Shown: piece by piece, positions 17,696-27,102 of the stretch | How positions within the stretch are numbered: the stretch's first letter is position 1 | How the letters are laid out: each line of letters starts with the position of its first letter | Source of the DNA: Alphaproteobacteria bacterium | GTDB taxonomy: Bacteria; Pseudomonadota; Alphaproteobacteria; GCA-2731375 | Assembly (NCBI GenBank): GCA_965225945.1 | Contig: CBDDBZ010000007.1 | Location: forward strand, 1-27,166 | Length of the DNA stretch: 27,166 nucleotides | Direction: 5' to 3' | Notes under the pieces: model-generated | What the model saw: the letters and a program-made list of their open reading frames with translations, nothing else | What the model was told of the DNA's origin: nothing | The model's database searches: none | Made by a program: the position numbers and the translations under genes

Positions 17696-17790
17696 AATCA
17701 GTGTTGAATTCGCGAAGATGTCGCGGCTCGGCAACGCTAGGTTTCCGCGCGGCGGGTGCCCGGGACCGTCCGAGTGTTCGAACTGGAGCC

Positions 17791-19299
17791 ATGTCGATGA
17801 TGTCATTCGGAAAGACGGCCGGCCTGTCCGTCGCCCTGTTGGCGATGCTCTCGGGCGGGGGCGCCGGGGCGGCGACCCAAAAGGCGGGGGTCGCGGCCGC
17901 GGTCCTGGGCATGGTGGAGGTCTCCGGCGAAACGCGCGCGGCCGCGGTTCGGGCGACTTCGGGCATGGACGTCTTCCTCGGCGACCGAGTGGTCAGCGAC
18001 GAGGATTCGCGCATGCAAATGTTGCTGCTGGACGAGACGGTGTTCTCGATCGGCCCCAACAGCGATCTGGTGATCGACGAGTTCGTATACGATCCGAACA
18101 CCGGCGGGGGCGCCGTCGCGGCGAGCTTCACCCGAGGTCTGGTGCGCTACGTTTCCGGCAGAATTGCCCAGGCGCGGCCGAAGAACATCTCGATCAGGAT
18201 GCCGGTCGGCACCCTGGGCATTCGCGGCACCTCGCTGTTCATGCTCTGGGACCCGGAACTGGGGGCCTACTTCATGGGCCTTCTCGGTCCCGGTCCGCGC
18301 AACAACGTCGATCGCGACGCGGGCGGCTTCGTCTTCACCAACGACGCGGGGGACACCGTCACCGTGCTGCGTCAGGGCTTCGGCGTGGTCGCCCGAGAGG
18401 GCGAGGAACCGGAAGTGATTCGCACGCCCGGCCGACTCATCGAGCTGCTGCAACAGCAGTTCACCGCCTCGCGCAGCCTGACTGCCCGGCGCCTGGCGAG
18501 CGGCGGCGGCGAGGACGCGAGCACGACGGCGGGCCAGACCGACGCGACCGGGCAGCAGCAGGCGAGCGCGCAGGGCGCCGTCCTATCCAGCTTACAGTCG
18601 GCCAACGACACGACGGTCGAAGGCAGCGAGGAAATCAGGCCAACTTTCGACATCATCTTCAATCCCGGCTCCGGGAGCCCCAAGGATCCGAGTGATCCGA
18701 CCCCGATCCAGGCGGTGACGGTGATCGAGAACATACTGCCGACGCTGAGCGTCGCGGTGAACCAGGGCCTCGGTCGATTGCCGTTGAACGTGACGCTGCC
18801 CTTCGCGGTGCAGGCGAGCTGGAACAACCCATCGAAGGTCGGCACCTTCTTCGACATCGACGTGCACCTGACGGGCCCCGACACCCTAGGTGGCCGCTTC
18901 CACGTCTATCACGACAACGTCGGCAGCTTCTTCGGCGCGCCCTTCGCGCTGCACGACGCCGACGCCTTCGGCGCCGCCGCCTCCGAGGTGATCGGCATCA
19001 GCCAGCTCAACGCCGGCGGTCCCTATCGCGCCTCCGCCTTCAGCTTCTCGGATCGGGGCGCGACGCTGACCACGCTGGCCGACGATTCGAACCTGGTTCT
19101 GTCGCTCATTCGAAACGGCGTGATCAGCCGCGGGCCCGGCGGTAGCGCGGTCATCAACGGCACGATACTGGCGACCGCCACGCCGCCCGCCGGCGCGCCC
19201 GGCAATACCTTCGTCGGCTTCGAACTCGACCCCGCCACCCAGGCGGTGACCCTGATCCAGCGGGTGACCAACTTCACCAACTCCGCCAGCGTGCAATAG
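17791..19299 (+). CDS. Secreted FecR-domain protein with C-terminal YfaP/DUF2135-like domain
   Basis: Signal peptide, then GDRVVSDEDSRMQMLLLDETVFSIGPNS...GTLGIRGT (FecR-like), a low-complexity linker, and SW...DIDVHLTGP...VYHDN...LHDAD...SEVI...GPY. GGAG RBS; the start may be 17797. Confidence 0.82.
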   Translation: MSMMSFGKTAGLSVALLAMLSGGGAGAATQKAGVAAAVLGMVEVSGETRAAAVRATSGMDVFLGDRVVSDEDSRMQMLLLDETVFSIGPNSDLVIDEFVYDPNTGGGAVAASFTRGLVRYVSGRIAQARPKNISIRMPVGTLGIRGTSLFMLWDPELGAYFMGLLGPGPRNNVDRDAGGFVFTNDAGDTVTVLRQGFGVVAREGEEPEVIRTPGRLIELLQQQFTASRSLTARRLASGGGEDASTTAGQTDATGQQQASAQGAVLSSLQSANDTTVEGSEEIRPTFDIIFNPGSGSPKDPSDPTPIQAVTVIENILPTLSVAVNQGLGRLPLNVTLPFAVQASWNNPSKVGTFFDIDVHLTGPDTLGGRFHVYHDNVGSFFGAPFALHDADAFGAAASEVIGISQLNAGGPYRASAFSFSDRGATLTTLADDSNLVLSLIRNGVISRGPGGSAVINGTILATATPPAGAPGNTFVGFELDPATQAVTLIQRVTNFTNSASVQ

Positions 19300-19316
19300 T
19301 TCCCCGATCGATCAAC

Positions 19317-20162
19317 TCAGAACGGGCGGTCGCCTTTCAGCAGCACTCGGTGGACGGTACGGCCCTCGTCGGGGTCGTAGTCGCGATGCGCCAGGTGCAT
19401 GGTCGAACGGTTGTCGCAGAGCAGCATGTCGCCGACCCGCCAGCGGTGGCGGTAGACGATTTCGGGGCGGATCATCTCCGCGACCAGACGATCGACGAAG
19501 GCATGGCTCTCCGCCTGCTCCCAGCCCTCCAGCCGCTCGGTCTTGGTGGGATGGAAGTAGATCGCCTTGCTGCCGTTCTCGGGGTGGGTGCGGATCAGCG
19601 GATGCACGACGCGTTTCGCATGGGCGAGCTTGTCGCCATCTCGCGTCGGGAACTCGGACCGCCCGGCCAGGCTGTCCAGCGTGTTGACCGTGCGGAGCGT
19701 CGCGAAGTGCCGCTTGCGGGCCTCGGAGAGCGACTCGTAGGCCTTGCGCATGTTGGCGAAACTGGTATCGCCGCCCTTGGACGGCATCTCCACGGCGTAG
19801 AGCACGGTGAGCTTCGGCGGCGCCTCGTGGTTGGTGTGGTCAGTGTGCCAGCACTCGGTGCCGAGGAGGTGGCGCTTGCCCGAGGTGTCGCTCTCCGCCG
19901 TCCGGCTCGACAGCACGCCGATGTCGGGCTGCTCCGCCATCAGGTGTTGCGAATAGTGCTGGCGCATCGGCTGTCCAAAGAGCCGAGCGGCATCGAGGTA
20001 TTGCGCCGGCGTGAAGGACTGATCGCGGATTACCAGCACCAGATGGTCGAGCAAGGCCCGACGCAGCGCCTCGAGAGTGGCCTCGTCGGCCCCAGCGGCG
20101 AGATCGACGCCCCGCGCCTCGGCGCCCAAGGCGGGACTCGAGGTCTCGATCACGAGGCTCAT
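19317..20162 (-). CDS. TauD/TfdA-family dioxygenase
   Basis: WHTDHT, GGDTSFANM, HPLIRTHPE and DNRSTMH motifs. Confidence 0.92.
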   Translation of the reverse strand: MSLVIETSSPALGAEARGVDLAAGADEATLEALRRALLDHLVLVIRDQSFTPAQYLDAARLFGQPMRQHYSQHLMAEQPDIGVLSSRTAESDTSGKRHLLGTECWHTDHTNHEAPPKLTVLYAVEMPSKGGDTSFANMRKAYESLSEARKRHFATLRTVNTLDSLAGRSEFPTRDGDKLAHAKRVVHPLIRTHPENGSKAIYFHPTKTERLEGWEQAESHAFVDRLVAEMIRPEIVYRHRWRVGDMLLCDNRSTMHLAHRDYDPDEGRTVHRVLLKGDRPF

Positions 20163-20407
20163 GCATTTGCTCCGCCAGGCTCGACCGAGAGCTTATACCA
20201 ACCGCGGCGCCGCCCAACCACCCGTGGCGGGGCTCCTTGGAGCCGTTGGGCGATTTCGCGGCGAACCGGCCCCTGTTCAAATCGATGGCGTCGAAGCTGT
20301 CGAGGGTGGCGATGCGAATTGACGCTGCCCGGCGGCACGCATAGATTGCCGCCACCTCGACGGCACCCGCCCGCGCCCGCTCCGGCGCCCGCATGCAAGG
20401 AATTCCG

Positions 20408-21463
20408 ATGAGCGGACGCGACCAGAACGGCCTGACCTATCCCTTCGAGCGCGTGCCGGAGCCCGGCGAGGCGATGGAGTTCGCGCCGGGCGTCTTCTGG
20501 CTGCGGATGCCGCTGCCACCGAGCGGGCTCGACCATATCAACCTCTGGCTGCTGGCCGACTACACCGGCTGGGCCATCGTCGATACCGGCATGTACAGCA
20601 CGGTTATCCAGGAACTCTGGGATCGGGTGTTCGAAGGCACCTTCCAGGGCCGGCCCCTGAAGCGGATCGTCTGCACCCATTTCCACCCCGCTCACATGGG
20701 TCTCGCCGGCTGGCTCAGGGATCGGACCGGTTGCCACATTTTGGCGAGCCGGCTCGAATGGCTCTATGGCCGCATGCTCTCGCTCGACGACGGGGAGACG
20801 CCACCGGAGTCTCATGTCGAGCACTACCGCAAGGTCGGCATGGACGCCGCGCTGCTGCAGCGCGTCAAGGAAGGCAACCACAACGCCTACCGCGCGGCCG
20901 TGACGCCGGTACCGGAGCAATACGTCCGAATTCGCGACGGTGACGTGCTGAATTTCGGCGACTACGACTGGGTGGTTATCGTCGGCACCGGCCACGCGCC
21001 GGAGCATGCCTGCCTCTATTGCCAGGATCTGAACATGCTGATCTCGGGCGATCAGATCCTGCCCCGGATCACGCCCCATATCGGCCTCTACCCGGACGAG
21101 TCGGAAGCCAATCCCTTGCAGGATTACATGGACAGCCTGGATCGGTTCCGGAAGCTGCCGAGCGACGTTCTGGTGCTGCCCGCGCACAATGAGCCTTTCT
21201 TCGGCTTGCATAAGCGGCTCGACGCGCTGATCGGCCATCACGCCGAACGGCTCACGGCGCTGGAAAGCGCGCTGGGCGAACCGAAGCGGGTCGTCGACAC
21301 GCTCGAAGTGATGTATCGCCGCCAGCTCGACGAGCACGAAATCGAACGGGGCTTGGGCGAGGCCTTGGCCCATCTCAACTGCCTGATCGAGCAGGGCCGC
21401 GTCTTCCGCGAGGCGGGGCCCGACGGCGTCTGGCGCTACAGGCGGACGACGGCGATGCTCTAA
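20408..21463 (+). CDS. MBL-fold metallo-hydrolase with an atypical HFHPAH motif
   Basis: HINLWLL, IVDTG, THFHPAH, GHAPEH, ISGDQILPRITP and VLPAH motifs. AAGGA precedes ATG 20408. Confidence 0.9.
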   Translation: MSGRDQNGLTYPFERVPEPGEAMEFAPGVFWLRMPLPPSGLDHINLWLLADYTGWAIVDTGMYSTVIQELWDRVFEGTFQGRPLKRIVCTHFHPAHMGLAGWLRDRTGCHILASRLEWLYGRMLSLDDGETPPESHVEHYRKVGMDAALLQRVKEGNHNAYRAAVTPVPEQYVRIRDGDVLNFGDYDWVVIVGTGHAPEHACLYCQDLNMLISGDQILPRITPHIGLYPDESEANPLQDYMDSLDRFRKLPSDVLVLPAHNEPFFGLHKRLDALIGHHAERLTALESALGEPKRVVDTLEVMYRRQLDEHEIERGLGEALAHLNCLIEQGRVFREAGPDGVWRYRRTTAML

Positions 21464-21503
21464 GTCCGCCGGCCGGCGATCCTCGAAGCCGCCGCCGCGC
21501 CGC

Positions 21504-22382
21504 TCAGCGCCCGTCCCTGGGCCGCCCCCGGAGGTTCAGGAAGTTGCCGGCGATGATCGCCACCGCGCCGAAGGCGACGAAGACGTCGAGCGGCTCCTGG
21601 TACAGCAGATAGCCGACCAGCACCGAGAGCGGCAGACGGACGAAATCGATCGGCGCGGCGATTGAGGCGTCGGCGCGCTGGAACGCCTTGGTGAGGCAGT
21701 AATGCGAGCCGAGACCGGCGAGCCCGATGGCCGCGACCCAGGGCCAGAGGGAGATCGACGGCGTCACCCAGTCGTAGAGCGCCGGCGCCGCGCTCAGCGG
21801 CAGTTGCACCAGGTTCATATAGACCAGAATGGTGAGCGGCCGCTCGCTGGTGGTCATCGACTTGGTGACGACGAAGGTCGTGGCGAAGCCGATCGCCGAA
21901 GCCAGCACGGCGAGAGCGGCGGGGTGAATGATCTCGACCCCCGGCCGCAGGATGATCCAGATGCCGGCGAAGCCGAGAACCACGCCGAACCCACGCATCC
22001 GGGTCAGGCGCTCGGCGATGAAGATCGCGGCCAGCACGGCGGTCCAGACCGGCGCGGTGAATTCCAGCGCGATCACTTCCGCCAGCGGTAGATAGGCGAG
22101 CCCATATAACCAGAGCCCCTGGGCGCCGAAGTGGACGACGTTGCGCCCGCCATGGGCCCGCCAGCGCCGGGTCGCCATGACCTCCCGCCAGCGCGGCCCC
22201 ACGATCGGGGCGAGCGCCAGGAGACAGAGCGCGTTGCGGAAGAACATCACCTCGAAGAGCGAGACTTCCCCCATCAGCTCGCGACCCGCCAGCGCCATCA
22301 GCAGCAGCGACGCCACCGCGCCCAGCATCCAGAGGACAGCGCCGATCAAGGAAGGCTTGGGCAGGATGGTGTTCGAGGTCAT
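21504..22382 (-). CDS. DMT/EamA family transporter
   Basis: 292 aa with about 10 TM segments and FFRN, FTAPVW, AERL and ILRPG motifs. Confidence 0.9.
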   Translation of the reverse strand: MTSNTILPKPSLIGAVLWMLGAVASLLLMALAGRELMGEVSLFEVMFFRNALCLLALAPIVGPRWREVMATRRWRAHGGRNVVHFGAQGLWLYGLAYLPLAEVIALEFTAPVWTAVLAAIFIAERLTRMRGFGVVLGFAGIWIILRPGVEIIHPAALAVLASAIGFATTFVVTKSMTTSERPLTILVYMNLVQLPLSAAPALYDWVTPSISLWPWVAAIGLAGLGSHYCLTKAFQRADASIAAPIDFVRLPLSVLVGYLLYQEPLDVFVAFGAVAIIAGNFLNLRGRPRDGR

Positions 22383-22454
22383 GGGTCGCCGACGCTAAAG
22401 GGGGGCGGCCAGCCTAAAACATTTCAAGCTTGTCAATTGCGTCGAAGCGTCGCA

Positions 22455-25244
22455 TCAGTGCGCCTCGTCCCAATTGTCGCCCTGGCCGGTGTCGACCACC
22501 AAGGGCACGTCGAGCTGCGCCGCCCCCTCCATCGCCTCGCGCACCGCCGTCGCGGTCCGCTCGATCTCGTCGTCCGGCACCTCGAAGATCAATTCGTCGT
22601 GGACCTGCAGCAGCATGGTGGCACCCAGCCCCTCGCGCCGAAGCACGCCCGGAATCGCCACCATGGCGCGGCGGATGATGTCGGCGGCGGTGCCCTGGAT
22701 CGGCGCGTTGATCGCCGCGCGCTCGGAAAAATTGCGCCGGGCCGGGTTCTTCTCGTTGATCTCGGCCATGTGGGCGCGGCGGCCGAACAGCGTCTCGACA
22801 TAGCCGTGCTGGCGGCAGAAGGCCTTGGTCTCCTCCATATAAGCGCGGATGCCGGGATAGCGCTCGAAATAGGCGTCGATATAGCGCTTGGCGTCGCCCT
22901 GGGGGATCGCCAGGTTGCGGGCCAGGCCGAAGGCGCTGATGCCATAGATGATGCCGAAGTTGATCGCCTTGGCGCTTCGCCGCGTGGCCGCGTCCAGCTT
23001 CTCGATTGCCACGTCGAAGACTTGGGCCGCGGTCATCGCGTGGATGTCGAGACCCTCGCGGAAGGCCGCCTTGAAGCCTTCGATATCGGCGATATGGGCC
23101 AGCACCCTGAGCTCGATCTGCGAATAGTCGGCGCTCATCAGCTTGTGGCCGGCGGGGGCGACGAAGGCGCGGCGGATCTTGCGCCCTTCCTCGGTGCGGA
23201 CCGGGATATTTTGCAGGTTCGGGTCGGTCGAGGCGAGGCGCCCGGTCGAGGTCGCGGCCATGGCGTAGGAGGTGTGGACACGGCCGGTCTCGGCGTTGAT
23301 CTGGCCCTGTAGCGAGTCGGTATAGGTGCTCTTGAGCTTGGCGAGCTGGCGCCAATCCAGCACCCGGGCCGGCAGGTCGTGGCCAAGTGCTGCCAAGCCT
23401 TCCAGCACATCGTGGCTGGTGCCGTAGGCGCCGGTCTTGGTCTTCTTGCCGCCGGAAAGCGACATCTTGTCGAACAGGATCTCGCCCAACTGCTTGGGCG
23501 AGGCGAGGTTGAAGCTCTCGCCGGCGAGCGCGTGGATCTCCGCCTCGAGGCCGACCATGCGCTGGGCGAAATCGCCGGAGAGGCGGGCTAGCTGCGCGAC
23601 GTCGACCTCGATGCCGGCCCGCTCCATCGCCACCAGGATTGGAATCAGCGGCCGTTCCAGCCGCTCGTAGAGGGTGACCTTGCGCGCCTCCAGCACGCGT
23701 GGCTTCAGCACGCCGTGCAGCCTGAGCGTGATGTCGGCGTCCTCGGCGGCATAGTCGCGGGCCTTCTCCAACGCCACCTCGGCGAAGCTGATGGCGGTCT
23801 TGCCGCTGCCCGCCACCTCCTTGAAGCTGATCGGCTTCAGGCCCAGGTGCAGCACGGAAAGCTCGTCCATGCCGTGGCCGTGCAGCCCGCCGTCGACCAC
23901 GTAGGAGAGCAGCATGGTGTCGTCCACGGGCCAGATCTCGATTCCCAGGCGGCTCATGATCAGGGCGTCGTATTTGATGTTCTGGCCGATCTTCAGCACC
24001 GAGGGCGCTTCCAGCAGCGGCTTCATCATCTCCAGCGCCCGGGCGAGCGCGAGCTGTTCCGGCGGCCCCTCCTCGGCGCCTTCCGCCTCGGGGCCGAGTT
24101 CGAGCTCGCCTTGGCGGACGGGGCGGACATGGCCGAGGGGCACGTAACAGGCCTGGCCAGGCCGGACCGCGAGCGAGAAGCCGACCAGCGCCGCCGCCAT
24201 GGCGTCGAGCGAGGTGGTCTCGGTATCGAAGGCGACATGGCCGGCGGCGAAGGCCTCGTCGATCCAGGTTTGCAGCGCGGCTTCCTCGCGCACCAGGGTA
24301 TAAAGCGGGGCCTCCGGCGGGGCCTCGAAGCCGGCCCGGGGCGCCTCGCCGTCGCCGCCATATTGGCCCCGCAGGCGGGAGAGCAGGCGGGTGAACTCCA
24401 TCTCCTCCAGGAACGGGAACAGCACGTCGGGTTGCGGCGGGCTGAGCGCCAGATCGTCGAGCGCGATCGGCACCTCGACGTCGTCCTTCAGGCGCACCAG
24501 GGCCAGGCTGATCCGCGCTAGGTCCGCGTGCTCCATCAGGTTCTGGCGCCGCTTCGGCTGCTTGATCTCGGCGGCCCGCGCGAGCAGCGTATCGAGGTCG
24601 CCATACTCGTTGATCAACTGCGCCGCCGTCTTGACGCCGATGCCCGGCACGCCGGGCACGTTATCCGTGCTGTCGCCGGCCAGCGCCTGCACCTCGACCA
24701 CCTTGTCGGGCCCGACGCCGAAGCGCTCGACCACTTCGTCGGGCCCGATCCGGCGGTTCTTCATCGGGTCCATCATGGCGACGCCGTCGCGGACCAGCTG
24801 CATCAGGTCCTTGTCGGAAGAGACGATGGTGACCCGGATTCCCGCCTCGCGCGCCAGGCGGGCGTATGTCGCGATGATGTCGTCGGCCTCGAAGCCCGGC
24901 AATTCGACGGTCGCCAAGTTGAAGGCGCGGCTGGCCTCTTTGATCAGGGCGAATTGCGGCACCAGGTCCTCGGGCGGCGGCGGCCGGTTGGCCTTGTAGG
25001 GGGCATAGATCTCGTTGCGGAAGGTGGCCCTGGCGGCGTCGAAGACGACGCAGAAGAGGTCGACGTCGCCATCGTCCAGGGCATCGGCCACCAGTTTGTT
25101 CAACATGTTGCAGAAGCCCGAGACGGCGCCGGTGGGCAGGCCGTCGGACTTGCGGGTGAGCGGCGGCAGGGCGTGATAGGCGCGGAAGATGTAGCCCGAG
25201 CCGTCGATCAGGACGAGGTGGCGGGGCGGGGATGTGTCGCTCAT
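22455..25244 (-). CDS. polA: DNA polymerase I
   Basis: LIDGSGYIFRAYHA 5'-3' exonuclease, AFDTETT 3'-5' exonuclease, and ADYSQIELR, AKAINFGIIYG and LQVHDEL polymerase motifs. Confidence 0.99.
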   Translation of the reverse strand: MSDTSPPRHLVLIDGSGYIFRAYHALPPLTRKSDGLPTGAVSGFCNMLNKLVADALDDGDVDLFCVVFDAARATFRNEIYAPYKANRPPPPEDLVPQFALIKEASRAFNLATVELPGFEADDIIATYARLAREAGIRVTIVSSDKDLMQLVRDGVAMMDPMKNRRIGPDEVVERFGVGPDKVVEVQALAGDSTDNVPGVPGIGVKTAAQLINEYGDLDTLLARAAEIKQPKRRQNLMEHADLARISLALVRLKDDVEVPIALDDLALSPPQPDVLFPFLEEMEFTRLLSRLRGQYGGDGEAPRAGFEAPPEAPLYTLVREEAALQTWIDEAFAAGHVAFDTETTSLDAMAAALVGFSLAVRPGQACYVPLGHVRPVRQGELELGPEAEGAEEGPPEQLALARALEMMKPLLEAPSVLKIGQNIKYDALIMSRLGIEIWPVDDTMLLSYVVDGGLHGHGMDELSVLHLGLKPISFKEVAGSGKTAISFAEVALEKARDYAAEDADITLRLHGVLKPRVLEARKVTLYERLERPLIPILVAMERAGIEVDVAQLARLSGDFAQRMVGLEAEIHALAGESFNLASPKQLGEILFDKMSLSGGKKTKTGAYGTSHDVLEGLAALGHDLPARVLDWRQLAKLKSTYTDSLQGQINAETGRVHTSYAMAATSTGRLASTDPNLQNIPVRTEEGRKIRRAFVAPAGHKLMSADYSQIELRVLAHIADIEGFKAAFREGLDIHAMTAAQVFDVAIEKLDAATRRSAKAINFGIIYGISAFGLARNLAIPQGDAKRYIDAYFERYPGIRAYMEETKAFCRQHGYVETLFGRRAHMAEINEKNPARRNFSERAAINAPIQGTAADIIRRAMVAIPGVLRREGLGATMLLQVHDELIFEVPDDEIERTATAVREAMEGAAQLDVPLVVDTGQGDNWDEAH

Positions 25245-25581
25245 GGCCCGACTATCTCACGGCCGTCGGGGGCGGGCCAGAGCCGCCCTGATTTTCCCGC
25301 CGTCGGAGCCCGAAGCGCCGCGCCGAGGCCGAGGAGCGCGCGCCGATCGGAGAGCGTGGACGTCACTTCGGGGCCGAATTCTGAGGATGAACCGTGGCGC
25401 GAGTGGACGGATTGGAGCCCCGCCTGCCTGGCCATGTTACCGGCTCCGGAGGAGGTAGGCGGAGGGCTCTACCTACGCGGCAAGCGGCCACCAAATTGCC
25501 ATGGGAAGCCAAAATGGCTACGCTAGCGCCGAAGCCAGCGTTCATCCGGGACAGGTTGGTATCGTTCAAGGGGCTGCTCTG

Positions 25582-26733
25582 GTGCCAGACAGGCTGATCC
25601 TCTCCTCCGACTCGCACGTCTTCGAGCCGCCGGACCTGTGGACGCAACGGATCGACGATGCCTTCAAGGCCCGTGCGCCGCGCATGAAACGGGTTGGCGA
25701 CGTGGACCATCTCTTGGTCGAGGACGGCCAGATGATCGCCGGCATCGGGCTGATTTCGAATGCCGGCGCGCGCTACGAAGCGCCGGAGACGATTTCCGAC
25801 CACGCCCGCTTCGAGGACGTTCACGCCGGTGGCTTCGACCCGGCACGGCACCTCGAGGACATGGTGATCGACGGGGTGTCGGGCGAGGTGCTCTACCCCT
25901 CGCAGGGCCTGTTCTATTACAAGATCGCCGACCCGCTGTTGTTCTCGGCGATCTGTCGGGCCTACAACGACTGGCTCGCCGAATTTTGCGCTGTCGATCC
26001 CGACCGCCTCAAGGCGATCGCGATGATCAACGTCGACGACGTTGCAGACGCCGTCGGCGAATTGGAGCGCACCGCCAAGCTCGGCTTTGCCGGCGCCATG
26101 ATCGCCGAATACCCGGTGGAGGAGCGGCGCTACGACCACCGCGACTACGAGCCGCTATGGGCCACGGCGGCGGCGCTCGACATGCCGCTCAGCCTGCACA
26201 CCGCGACCCGACGCGTGCTCTCGAATTCCGCCCTGCTCGAGCGCACCGTGCACGACGCCAGCCGGCGCGCCACCAAGGTATTCCTGCCGGCGATCTCGAT
26301 GTGTGACATGATTTTCTCCGGTGTGTTCGAACGCCATCCCGATCTGCGCCTCGCCATCGTCGAATTCGAGCTGGCCTGGGTGCCCTACGTGTTGGCGAGC
26401 ATGGACTACACCTACCGCGAACGGCACGAGGAGGCGCTTTACCGCTTCAAGGGCGACACGCTACCCAGCGACTTCTTCGCGCGGAACGTCTATCTGAGCT
26501 TTCAGGAGGACGACGTCGGCATCCGACTGCGCGACCTCATCGGCATCGATCGCATGATGTGGGGCTCGGATTATCCGCACAGCGAATCCACCTTCCCGCG
26601 CTCGCGCGAGGTGCTGGACGAGATCTTGGCGGGCGTGCCGGAAGAGGAGCGGGCCAAGATCGTTTGCCACAACGCGGCGCGGCTCTATGGCTTCGACCTG
26701 GAGCGCATATCGAGCCCGCCGGTGGTCGGCTGA
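25582..26733 (+). CDS. Amidohydrolase family protein (Amidohydro_2-like)
   Basis: SSDSHVFEPPDLW, RAYNDWLAEFC, SLHT and MWGSDYPH motifs. Likely GTG start at 25582 after AAGGGG. Confidence 0.9.
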   Translation: MPDRLILSSDSHVFEPPDLWTQRIDDAFKARAPRMKRVGDVDHLLVEDGQMIAGIGLISNAGARYEAPETISDHARFEDVHAGGFDPARHLEDMVIDGVSGEVLYPSQGLFYYKIADPLLFSAICRAYNDWLAEFCAVDPDRLKAIAMINVDDVADAVGELERTAKLGFAGAMIAEYPVEERRYDHRDYEPLWATAAALDMPLSLHTATRRVLSNSALLERTVHDASRRATKVFLPAISMCDMIFSGVFERHPDLRLAIVEFELAWVPYVLASMDYTYRERHEEALYRFKGDTLPSDFFARNVYLSFQEDDVGIRLRDLIGIDRMMWGSDYPHSESTFPRSREVLDEILAGVPEEERAKIVCHNAARLYGFDLERISSPPVVG

Positions 26734-27029
26734 GGGCTACGGCAAAGGCTCGACGCAGGGCGATAAAGCAAGATTTCTCCTCCCGCTGTTTCGACCCTTT
26801 AGATGGAATTGGGCGCCGAGGCGGCTCGAAACCGGGCTACGGTCCCCAGTTCTTCCCTGATGGGGCGAGCGAGCGGCGGCGGCTCCGGGGAAAAGGCTCG
26901 GGGAGCGGGCTTCGGGGTAAGGGAGAAGGGTAAGGCGAGATTTTGGCGCTTGACGCGCGGCATACCGGGCCCCGGCGCGGCCCTTCGGCACGGCGTCATG
27001 AGCTCCGGTCAATGGTATGCTTTCGCCGA

Positions 27030-27076
27030 AACGCCTCGCCAAATCCGTTTCGCAAAAACGGCTTTGGCGAAGCGTT
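27030..27076 (-). terminator. Long hairpin, probable terminator on the minus strand
   Basis: AACGCCTCGCCAAA-T-CCGTTT...AAACGG-C-TTTGGCGAAGCGTT. The C/A mismatch in the outer stem becomes a U-G wobble on the minus strand. Confidence 0.6.
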
Positions 27077-27084
27077 CACGATGT

Positions 27085-27102
27085 TGGTTGCGGGGGCGGG
27101 AT
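27085..27102 (-). other. 3'-end fragment of initiator tRNA-Met; probable att site of an integrated element
   Basis: Minus strand reads ATCCCGCCCCCGCAACCA. Similarity to tRNA-fMet stops inside the T-loop and the rest of the tRNA is absent. Confidence 0.75.

Noticed and set aside
24060-24125. Acidic insertion with QGELEL in the PolA exonuclease domain (clamp-motif-like)
   Set aside because: A variable loop here is common in alphaproteobacterial Pol I, and the motif match is weak.
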